Positions 10,165-17,657 of a stretch of 64,000 bases of DNA are shown piece after piece. The notes below the pieces were generated by a model, which was not told the origin of the DNA, did not search any database, and saw nothing but the letters and a program-made list of their open reading frames with translations. A program made the translations under genes and the position numbers. Numbering within the stretch: the first letter of the stretch is position 1; every line of letters begins with the position of its first letter. This stretch comes from an uncultured delta proteobacterium (GTDB lineage: Bacteria; Desulfobacterota; Binatia; DP-6). The stretch spans positions 416,001 to 480,000 of the forward strand of contig CAWFFN010000009.1 in assembly GCA_963815115.1 (NCBI GenBank), written 5' to 3'.

Positions 10165-10502
10165 TCACTTCTCCTTCAGGCGCGGCCGGAAGAAGTACCG
10201 GCCGATCCAGGAGTTGCGCTCGCGCTTTGCCAGCGCGTGGAGCTCCGACTCGGTCATCCACAGGCCGTGCCCGTCGGGTAGTGCTCGACAGTGACGCCGT
10301 GAAGTGCCACCCGATCCAGCGCCTTCCCGCAATCGGGACAGCGCATGTGCACCAACTCGCGGATCTCCCGGTGCTGTGCTTCCTCTCGCGCCCCGCGCAG
10401 GTGCTCCACGAGCGCATGGTCGCGCTTTCCGAAGAACACCGCCTCCTCCGCCCGTTCCTTCTTGCGGAGCTTCTCGTCCAATGAACCGGTTTCGTTGTGC
10501 AT
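10165..10502 (-). CDS. Small Zn-ribbon (zf-TFIIB-like) protein, 1-nt frameshift near 10275
   Basis: MHNETG...ERAEEAVFF...CPDCG...VTVEHYP continues in a second frame as DGHGLWMTESEL; GAGGAG RBS. Confidence 0.7.
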
Positions 10503-10589
10503 GACTCCTCTGTCCGTTCGCGCGCGACTCGGCCGCCCGCCCGGCGGCGCCACTGGCGGTCAGCCGATCGCCGGCCCGTCGCCCTGCGA

Positions 10590-10607
10590 TGTATTGACTC
10601 CAATATA
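10590..10607. promoter_or_regulatory. Palindromic operator candidate
   Basis: TGTATTGACTCCAATATA. Confidence 0.6.
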
Positions 10608-10629
10608 ACACAGGACGCGGGGGAGTACA

Positions 10630-10730
10630 GTGACCAAGAGCCAACGGGCATCCCGCCCGGATGCAAAACGGCACGGACGTGCGTGCGGTGATGGATGCGC
10701 TCCGGCGGATCGTGCGGCGCCGTCTGAATC
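10630..10730 (+). pseudogene. N-terminal remnant of a second MarR gene
   Basis: DVRAVMDALRRIVR matches HVRAVVDSLRRIVR of the MarR at 3256. Confidence 0.65.
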
Positions 10731-10782
10731 GCCGCGAACGCGCCGCGACCGGAGCTCCCTGGACATCCGCGAGTTTCCCCTA

Positions 10783-10822
10783 TTGACCGTTACATGGGTC
10801 TCAATGTATTGGGGACAATGTA
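10783..10822 (+). promoter_or_regulatory. Probable sod promoter with two overlapping operator palindromes
   Basis: TTGACC followed by TACATGGGTCTCAATGTA (10791-10808) and TGTATTGGGGACAATGTA (10805-10822). Confidence 0.55.
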
Positions 10823-10918
10823 ACTACGCGCCGACGTGCGACGCCACGTGGCACGGCGTCGACCGCGAGAACCCGAAGAAGCCCTCATGGCAATGGATCC
10901 GTTCGGTTTCAGGGAAAC

Positions 10919-11560
10919 GTGTTGAAGCAGCCGGCGGCGCGAGAGTACAAAGTGAGGCTCTTCGAGCTGAAGGGCCTCGACGGCATCTCCGATCTGCAGA
11001 TCGAGACCCACCTCGAGCTCTACGCCGACTACGTGAACAGCACGAACCGCTTGAACGAGGAGCTCGACGAGCTCGTCCGGAGGAGGAGGGCGAGTACCCC
11101 GGCATATGCCGAGCTCACGCGCCGCCTGGGCTTCGAGTACAACGGGATGCGGCTACACGAGCTCTACTTCGAGAACCTCGCGCCGCGCGCCACCGAGCTG
11201 GGCAGGGGCTCGGTTCTCCATGAGCGGCTGTCCAGCGCCTTCGGACGCTTCGAGAGGTGGCGGCGGGACTTCGTGACGGTGGGCCGGATGCGCGGTGTCG
11301 GCTGGGCGATCCTGTACGAGGATCCCGAGACCCGGCGGCTCAGCAACCACTGGATCACCCTACACGAGCACGGCCACCCGGCGGGATTCCGGCCGCTGCT
11401 CGTGATGGACGTATGGGAGCACGCGTTCATGGTCGACTACGGCCCGACCGAGCGCGCCAAGTATGTCGACGCCTTCTTCGCCAACGTCGACTGGGGTGTG
11501 GTCGAGCGCCGGTTTCGCGCGTCAGGGGAGGCCGATGTGCGCACGGCGGTCCAGCGTTGA
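10919..11560 (+). CDS. sod: Fe/Mn superoxide dismutase family, close paralog of 3910-4578
   Basis: Same motifs, with long identical peptide stretches shared with the first copy. Confidence 0.9.
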   Translation: MLKQPAAREYKVRLFELKGLDGISDLQIETHLELYADYVNSTNRLNEELDELVRRRRASTPAYAELTRRLGFEYNGMRLHELYFENLAPRATELGRGSVLHERLSSAFGRFERWRRDFVTVGRMRGVGWAILYEDPETRRLSNHWITLHEHGHPAGFRPLLVMDVWEHAFMVDYGPTERAKYVDAFFANVDWGVVERRFRASGEADVRTAVQR

Positions 11561-11602
11561 GCCGAACCTGCCGCTCGGTGCACACCGCGTCCGGGCGGAG
11601 CG

Positions 11603-12118
11603 ATGACACGGATCGTGCTGCCGCTCCTCGTCGTCCTGCTGGCGGTGGGCGCGGGCACCGCAGCACTGTCCCAGCACCCGTGGTCGCCCCGGCGCGACGT
11701 CGTGCAGCCCGTGCCGTTCAGCCACCGCGTGCATGCGGGCGAGAACCAGATCCCCTGCCAGTACTGTCACGAGTACGCGCGCCGTTCGCAGACCGCCGGC
11801 GTGCCTCCGATTCAGCGCTGCGTCGGCTGCCACGCGCACGAGGGGCGGGGCGGTTCGCTCGAGGCCGTGACCCAGCCGTGGAGCGACACGCGACAGCCAG
11901 CGTCCGAGATCGTCTGGAACCGCGTGTACACCCTCCCCGACTTCGTGCGCTTCGCGCACCGTCCCCACGTGCTTGCCGGCGTGGAGTGCCAGACCTGCCA
12001 CGGGCCCGTCGAGACGATGGACCGCGTGGTGCCGGTCCACGACATCAACATGGGGTTCTGCATCACCTGCCACACCGAGCGCGGGGTCACGAAGGACTGC
12101 TCGGTGTGCCACTACTAG
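11603..12118 (+). CDS. Pentaheme cytochrome c (ActA/QrcA-like c3 family)
   Basis: Five CxxCH (CQYCH, CVGCH, CQTCH, CITCH, CSVCH); QPVPFSHRVH; N-terminal hydrophobic anchor. Confidence 0.85.
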   Translation: MTRIVLPLLVVLLAVGAGTAALSQHPWSPRRDVVQPVPFSHRVHAGENQIPCQYCHEYARRSQTAGVPPIQRCVGCHAHEGRGGSLEAVTQPWSDTRQPASEIVWNRVYTLPDFVRFAHRPHVLAGVECQTCHGPVETMDRVVPVHDINMGFCITCHTERGVTKDCSVCHY

Positions 12119-12601
12119 GAAGCTCTACGCCGCATGCTTGATGTCGACCTCACAGCCGAGATCGCGCAGCCGCCGCACGAGGCGGCCGATGGTCTTGGCT
12201 GTGTCGCGGCGCGCGCAGCGAGCCGCGCCGAGGTCGCGGTACGGTACGGCGTCGCGGAGCATGTAGTAGCACGCGCCGAGCATGGAGGCCGCAACGGCGA
12301 GGATGGCTCTCCTGGCGCCGCGGCGGGCTTTGAGGCGCAGGAATTGCGCCTGGAGATAGCAGTCCTTCGTGCGGACGGCGGCCCAGGCGGCGGTGACGAG
12401 GGCATCGCGACATGCGTGCAGCCGTGCGCCGTGAGCCAGTCGGCCAGGGCGAGCAGGCGGGTGGTAGCCGTCGCGAAACTCCGGACCTCGTGATGACGCG
12501 GCTCGGACATGCAGCGCACCGCTGTGACGACGGTGTCCTTGTGCACGTCGAGTCCTGCGCACCGCGGATGCAAGATGTCCATCGCGTCCCTCCTTGCCGC
12601 G
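12112..12601 (-). mobile_element. Internally deleted IS110-family element
   Basis: MDILHPRCAGLDVHKD...HVAM joined at ~12403 to LVTAAWAAVRTKDCYLQAQF...KHAA*. Right end TTCCTAGTAG resembles TTACTTGGTAG of the intact IS110. Confidence 0.85.
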
Positions 12602-12692
12602 GCTGATAGGCACGACGAAGGGCCTTTTGCCGCGGAGGCTTACAGAACGCCCCATCCCGGACCTTCGCCGCATTTTCGCCCGCTCCGTAACA
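12602..12692 (-). repeat. 91-bp direct repeat, copy 2
   Basis: 90/91 identical to 563-653. Confidence 0.9.
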
Positions 12693-12694
12693 AG

Positions 12695-12911
12695 TTCCCA
12701 CCGACCCCGGGGGTCGACCCGCGATGGAGGAAACTGGTACGGCGCCGCTGCCGGCACCGAGGTCGAGCAATGTCTGGTGCGCGAAGCCCGCTAACAAGTT
12801 GGACCCGACGTCCCGTGCGCACCCGTGATTGTCGCCACGGACCGCGCGGTCCGCGAGCACGCTTGGTAGACTGCTGCCCCCAGGGACGTCACGCCGGCAG
12901 AACGGGAGGAC
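12695..12911 (+). ncRNA. Candidate IS110 bridge RNA
   Basis: Expected location for IS110-group elements. Hairpins such as CGGACCG-CG-CGGTCCG, and guide-like matches at 12792-12800 and 12862-12871. Exact ends unknown. Confidence 0.7.
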
Positions 12912-12917
12912 GTGACG

Positions 12918-14144
12918 ATGGAGGTCATCCATGCCCAGTGCGCGGGGCTCGACGTACACAAGCAGACCGTGGTGGCCTGCGTGCGGATCACGGGCGCGGG
13001 GGGCGTGCGGCGCGAGGTGCGGACGTTTGCGACGACCGCCGCCGAGCTGCTGGCCTTGCAGGAGTGGCTGGTGGCCGCCGGCTGCACCCATGCCGTGCTG
13101 GAGTCGACGGGCGTCTACTGGAAACCCGTGTGGCACGTGCTCGAGGACCACCTGACCCTCGTGCTGGCCAACGCGACGGCGGTGCGCAATCTGCCCGGGC
13201 GCAAGAGCGACGTGAGCGACGCGCAGTGGCTCGCGGATCTGCTCGCCCATGGGCTGGTGCGCGGCAGCTTCGTGCCGCCCGCGCCGATTCAGGCGTTGCG
13301 CGAGCTGACGCGGACGCGCAAGCAGCTCGGGCGGGAGGTCACCGCCCACAGTCAGCGGATCGAGAAGGTGCTGGAGAGCGCGGACGTGAAGCTCGCCGCG
13401 GTGCTCCGCCCGCTGCTCGGCGTCAGCGGGCGGGCGATCATCGCGGCCCTGGCGGCGGGCGAAACCGATCCCGAGCGCCTCGTGGCGTTAGCCCACCCGC
13501 GGCTGCGGCCGAAGCGGGCCGCGCTGCGGGCCGCGCTGCCCGGGCACGTCCGGCCGCATCATCGCGTCTTGCTGGGTCAGCACCTGCGGGTGGTCGAGAC
13601 GCTGCGGGCGACGATCGCGGAGCTGGATGCCGCGATCGGGGCCGCCGTCGCCCCGTATCGCGCCGCCGTCGACCACCTCGTGACGATGCCCGGCGTGAGC
13701 ACGACGGCGGCGCAGATCCTGGTCGCGGAGATCGGCACGGACATGAGCCGCTTCCCCAGCGCGGGGCATCTCGTCTCCTGGGCGGGGCTGTGTCCGCGCC
13801 AGGACGCGAGTGCGGGCAAGCACCGCTCCACGCGCCTCCGCAAGGGGGCGCCGTGGCTCAAGCCCGTGCTCATTCAGGGCGCGTGGGCAGCGGTGCGAGG
13901 CCGCGAGGGCTACCTCCGCACCCAGTTCCTGCGCCTCAAGCATCGCCGCGGTCCGATGAAGGCCATCGTCGCGGTGGCCGCCTCCATGCTCACCGCCGCC
14001 TATTACATGCTGCGCGACGACCAAGACTATCACGACCTCGGGGCCGCCCACTTCCAGCGCGGCGACCACAACCACCTCGTCGCCGGACTCACCCGCCGCC
14101 TCCACCACCTCGGTTACGAGGTCACGCTCCGCCCCGCCGCCTGA
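12918..14144 (+). CDS. IS110 family transposase/recombinase (DEDD RuvC-like + Tnp domain)
   Basis: GLDVHK, LESTGVYW, RKSDVSDA, CPRQDASAGK; GGAGG RBS. Confidence 0.95.
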   Translation: MEVIHAQCAGLDVHKQTVVACVRITGAGGVRREVRTFATTAAELLALQEWLVAAGCTHAVLESTGVYWKPVWHVLEDHLTLVLANATAVRNLPGRKSDVSDAQWLADLLAHGLVRGSFVPPAPIQALRELTRTRKQLGREVTAHSQRIEKVLESADVKLAAVLRPLLGVSGRAIIAALAAGETDPERLVALAHPRLRPKRAALRAALPGHVRPHHRVLLGQHLRVVETLRATIAELDAAIGAAVAPYRAAVDHLVTMPGVSTTAAQILVAEIGTDMSRFPSAGHLVSWAGLCPRQDASAGKHRSTRLRKGAPWLKPVLIQGAWAAVRGREGYLRTQFLRLKHRRGPMKAIVAVAASMLTAAYYMLRDDQDYHDLGAAHFQRGDHNHLVAGLTRRLHHLGYEVTLRPAA

Positions 14145-14173
14145 CGCCGCGTACCGAGCGAGTTACTTGGTAG

Positions 14174-14394
14174 ACGGCGGGCGGGTCGCGGTGATGCGGC
14201 AGCGGCTGCGGCGCGGCGGGTGGCGGAGTCGCTATCGCTTGCGGAAGGGGACCGTAGAGCCGGTGTTGGGGATCGTGAAACACGTGCGCGGCTTCCGCCA
14301 ATTCCTCCTGCGCGGCGCGGCGAAGGTCGCCGGCGAGTGGAGCCTGGTCACCACGGCGCACAACCTGCACAAGCTGGCGGCCGCATGGGCCTGA
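14174..14394 (+). pseudogene. C-terminal fragment of an IS1182-like DDE transposase
   Basis: YRLRKGTVEPVLGIVKHVRGFRQFLLRG..KV.GEW.L...AHNLHKL. Confidence 0.8.
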
Positions 14395-14500
14395 AGAGGG
14401 GCGCCGAAGAAATCGGGCAGCGAGGGCGGGGTGCCAGCAGGCCATGGTAGACGACCGAGTTGATGCGCGGGCGAGGAGTCAACGCCGCAAGCGTCTCGAG

Positions 14501-14544
14501 GAGCTAGACCAGAGCTAGACCTGAGCTAGGCCAGAGCTAGGCCG
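14501..14544. repeat. Four tandem 11-bp units GAGCTAG(A/G)CCN
   Basis: GAGCTAGACCA GAGCTAGACCT GAGCTAGGCCA GAGCTAGGCCG. Confidence 0.9.
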
Positions 14545-14815
14545 GCGTGAAGACGAGGTAGGTCGTTCCGTCGTGCCACTCACCCTTCAGGGTGGCGAGG
14601 ACGAGGCCGTCGGGTGTGAGGCGAGAGACGGTCCCGTGCAACCCGCGGGCGGAGCACGTAGCGACAGAGGCGCTCGACGCCCGCGCGGTCGTCGGCCGCG
14701 ACCGTGACGTTCATGTGGAGGTCGAAGCCCTCGAGGTGTGCCTGGCACGGGCCGCGGGAGGTGACCCCCACGGCGTCGGGCTCGCGCCCCGCCTGGAAGA
14801 CGCGGGTGCCGGCAC
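14545..14815 (-). pseudogene. Internal fragment of an IS91/ISCR-family rolling-circle (HUH) transposase, frameshifted
   Basis: GFDLH...DRAGVERLCRYVLRP...RLS, then in a shifted frame TPDGLV...LK..WHDGTTYLVFTP. Confidence 0.8.
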
Positions 14816-16924
14816 CTACCGCGGCGTCGCGTCCGGCAGGCCGCCGTCGACCGGGATCGTCGCCCCCGTCGTGGGCGTCTGCCGGGTGGCGAAGAACAGG
14901 ACGGCGCGGGCCACGTGGTCGGCGGTGATCCGCGCCTTCAGGAGGTTGCGGCTGCGGTAGTATTCCTCGAGGCCCGCCTCATCCAGCCCGCGGGCCCGCA
15001 TCCGGTCCGGACCCACCTCGGCCCAGAGGCCCGACCTGCGCGCCCCGTGCGAGAAGACGGCGTCGGGCGCCACCATGTTCACGCGCACGTCGATCTCCGC
15101 CAGCTCGAGGCTCGCGATGCGGGCGAGCTGGTGGGCCGCGGCCTTGGTCGCGCTGTACGCGCCGAACTTGGCGCCCGGCGCGAACACGTTCTTGGTCGAC
15201 ACGAGCACGATGTCGCCCCCCGTTCCCTGGCGCTTCAGGTGGCGCGCCGCCTCGCCGAGCACGGTGAGCGTTCCCTCGACGTTCACCCGCTCGACGCGCC
15301 GGAACGCCTCGAGCTCCAGGTCCGCGAGCCCCGCGACGTGCGCCACACCCGCGTTGACGACCACCAGGTCGACCCCGCCCCAGGTCGTTGCGATGGTCCC
15401 GAACGCCTCGGCGACCGAGGTCGGGTCGGTGACGTCGAGTGGCACCGCCCTGACGCGCGGCCCGAAGGTCGCCGCGAGCTCCGCGACCAGCTCGTCCAGC
15501 GCGTTCCCGGGGAGGTCGGTGGCCGCCACCACGCAGCCCTGCTCGAGCAGCGCCCGGCAGAGGCCGGAGCCGATCGCGCCCGCGGCGCCGGTGACGATCG
15601 CCACCTCGCCCTCGAGCGCGGGCCCTCGCGCCGTGCCCAGCTTGGCGTGCTGGAACGTGTGGTACTCCATGTCGAAGAGCTCCGCTTCCGGCAGGCCTTC
15701 GTAGGTGCCGATCGCGGCCACCTGGCTCTTCACGGCGAGCGTGTGGGCGGTGACGTCGCGTGCGATGGTCGCCGCGCGCAGATCGGGCGCGGCGCAGAGC
15801 GCGCCGAGGCCCGGCAGGAGGACCACGCGCGGCAACGCGTCGATCCGGCCGACGCCGTGGCCGAGCCGGTTCGTGTGCCGCTCGAGGTACGCCTGGTAGT
15901 CGGCGGCATAGCGCCGCACGGCTGCGCGGATCTGCTCGGCCAGCGCGGCGTGGTCCTGGTACGCCGGTGACTCGATCCAGAGGGGGAACGCCTTGGTGCG
16001 GATCAGGTGATCCGAGGTGAGCGGCGGCGTCAGGGCGGCGGCACGACCGCCGTCGCCGTCGACGAACTCGAGGACCTCGGGTGTGACGAGCGGGAGGACG
16101 ATCACGCGACGATGCGGCCGGTCGGGATCGCCCGTGGGCTCGGCCAGGGCCCCGCGCAGCACCGGGGCCACCGCGCGCACGCGCGCCAGCGCCGTCTCCA
16201 ACCCGCCCGGGATCGCGACGATCGAACGTCCGGTGCCCTTCCGCGCCAGGTACTCCTCCGCGCGCGTCACGAGGTCGATCATGGCCTCGTAGGAGGCCCG
16301 TGCGCTCGGCCCCCAGGTCACGAGCCCGTGCCGCATCCACACCATGGCTCGAGCGTCCGGGTGCGCCTCGTACGCATCCGCGACGGCGCGCGCGAGCTGG
16401 AAGCCCGGCCGCACGTAGCCCAGCACCGCCACCTGACCACCGAGCGCCTCGCGTACCACCCGCTCCCCGTCCGTCTGGTTCGTCAGCGCCAGGACGGCGT
16501 CGGCGTGCGTGTGGTCGACGTACCTGGCGGGGAGGAACGCGTGCACGAGCGTCTCGACCGAGGGCGTGGCGCTCCGCGCGTCGAAGAGGTGCGTACGCAG
16601 CTCGTTCGCCATCGCTTCGTCATCGAGCCGCGGCAGCGCCCGCAGCCTCCGCAGGTAGCCGAGGTCGAGGCCGGGAAGCCCCTCCGGCTCGATGGTGGCG
16701 AGATCGTGGCCCGAGGCCTTCACGTAGAGCGCGGGGACCTGCTCGCCGAGACGGTTCACGAACGTCCCCTTGACCGACGTGTTGCCGCCGCCGTGGAGCA
16801 CGAGGCGGTCGTCGGCGCCGAGCAGGCGGCTCGTGTAGGTGCGGAGCGCGAGGTCCTCGCCCCAGCGCGCGCCGTAGCGCGCGACGAAGCTCGCGGCCTC
16901 GTCGTCCGACCAGCGTGAGCGCAT
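14816..16924 (-). CDS. Bifunctional class II aldolase / short-chain dehydrogenase (rhamnulose-1-phosphate aldolase-SDR type)
   Basis: LVLHGGGNTSVK, PSVETLVH, VDHTHAD; C-terminal TGAAGAIG and YSATK. Confidence 0.9.
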   Translation of the reverse strand: MRSRWSDDEAASFVARYGARWGEDLALRTYTSRLLGADDRLVLHGGGNTSVKGTFVNRLGEQVPALYVKASGHDLATIEPEGLPGLDLGYLRRLRALPRLDDEAMANELRTHLFDARSATPSVETLVHAFLPARYVDHTHADAVLALTNQTDGERVVREALGGQVAVLGYVRPGFQLARAVADAYEAHPDARAMVWMRHGLVTWGPSARASYEAMIDLVTRAEEYLARKGTGRSIVAIPGGLETALARVRAVAPVLRGALAEPTGDPDRPHRRVIVLPLVTPEVLEFVDGDGGRAAALTPPLTSDHLIRTKAFPLWIESPAYQDHAALAEQIRAAVRRYAADYQAYLERHTNRLGHGVGRIDALPRVVLLPGLGALCAAPDLRAATIARDVTAHTLAVKSQVAAIGTYEGLPEAELFDMEYHTFQHAKLGTARGPALEGEVAIVTGAAGAIGSGLCRALLEQGCVVAATDLPGNALDELVAELAATFGPRVRAVPLDVTDPTSVAEAFGTIATTWGGVDLVVVNAGVAHVAGLADLELEAFRRVERVNVEGTLTVLGEAARHLKRQGTGGDIVLVSTKNVFAPGAKFGAYSATKAAAHQLARIASLELAEIDVRVNMVAPDAVFSHGARRSGLWAEVGPDRMRARGLDEAGLEEYYRSRNLLKARITADHVARAVLFFATRQTPTTGATIPVDGGLPDATPR

Positions 16925-16931
16925 CCGTCTT

Positions 16932-17657
16932 CTACCCGCCCCGCAGCGCTGCCAGCATGTACCGGGCGTTCTCGGTCGGCGTCTTGCCGTCGAAGACCGC
17001 GCTGCCCGTCACCACCAGATCGACGCCGGTGCCCGCGACGCTCCGGATGTTCTCCTTCGTGATGGCGCCGTCCACGCCGAGGAGGATCCGCCGTCCCGCC
17101 GTCTCGAGCATTCGCCGGGCCCGGGCGATCCGGCCGATCGTCGCCGGGATGAACCGCTGTCCGCCCCAGCCCGGGTTGACGGCGAGCAGCAGCACGAGGT
17201 CGACGTCGTCCAGCAGGGGCTCGATCGCCTCGAGCGGCGTGCCGGGATTGAGCGCGATGCCGCGCACGATGCCGCGCGCGGCGTCGTTCGCGTTCTTCAT
17301 CGTGCCGAGCTGCTGGAGCACGCGGTGGACGTGCGTGCACGACTCGACGTGCACCGTGACCACGTCAGCGCCGGCCGACACGTAGTCGGCGAGCTTCTCG
17401 AGCGGGTCGCTGATCATCAGGTGCACGTCCTTCAGCAGCGGCGTCCGGAGCGCCTTCACGAGCGGAGGCCCCACCGTCATCATGGGCGTGAAGCAGCCGT
17501 CCATGACGTCGACGTGCAGGAGGGGCACACCCGTGCCGTCGAGACGCGCGAGATCGGCCCCGAGCGCCATCAGGTCCGCCGTCAGGATGCCGACGCTGAT
17601 CGTCGGTGCGAGGCTTGCGAGGCGCTCGAGGGTGCTAGCCGGCGGCGCGTCGCCCAC
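16932..17657 (-). CDS. lsrE: Ribulose-phosphate 3-epimerase family (LsrE-like)
   Basis: HVDVMDG, DVHLM, LNPGTP, VDGAI; directly downstream of lsrF. Confidence 0.7.
   Translation of the reverse strand: MGDAPPASTLERLASLAPTISVGILTADLMALGADLARLDGTGVPLLHVDVMDGCFTPMMTVGPPLVKALRTPLLKDVHLMISDPLEKLADYVSAGADVVTVHVESCTHVHRVLQQLGTMKNANDAARGIVRGIALNPGTPLEAIEPLLDDVDLVLLLAVNPGWGGQRFIPATIGRIARARRMLETAGRRILLGVDGAITKENIRSVAGTGVDLVVTGSAVFDGKTPTENARYMLAALRGG

Larger units (their letters stand above)
12693..14173 (+). mobile_element. Intact IS110-family element with predicted 2-nt core AG (CT on the minus strand) at both ends
   Basis: Long 5' non-coding end, transposase, 29-bp 3' end. Junctions TAACA-AG-TT and CTTGGT-AG-AC both recur inside the 5' end. 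Confidence 0.8.

Noticed and set aside
14444-14456. TGGTAGACG similar to the IS110 right junction
   Set aside because: Short match; placing the IS end here would include the unrelated IS1182 fragment and fits the guide less well.
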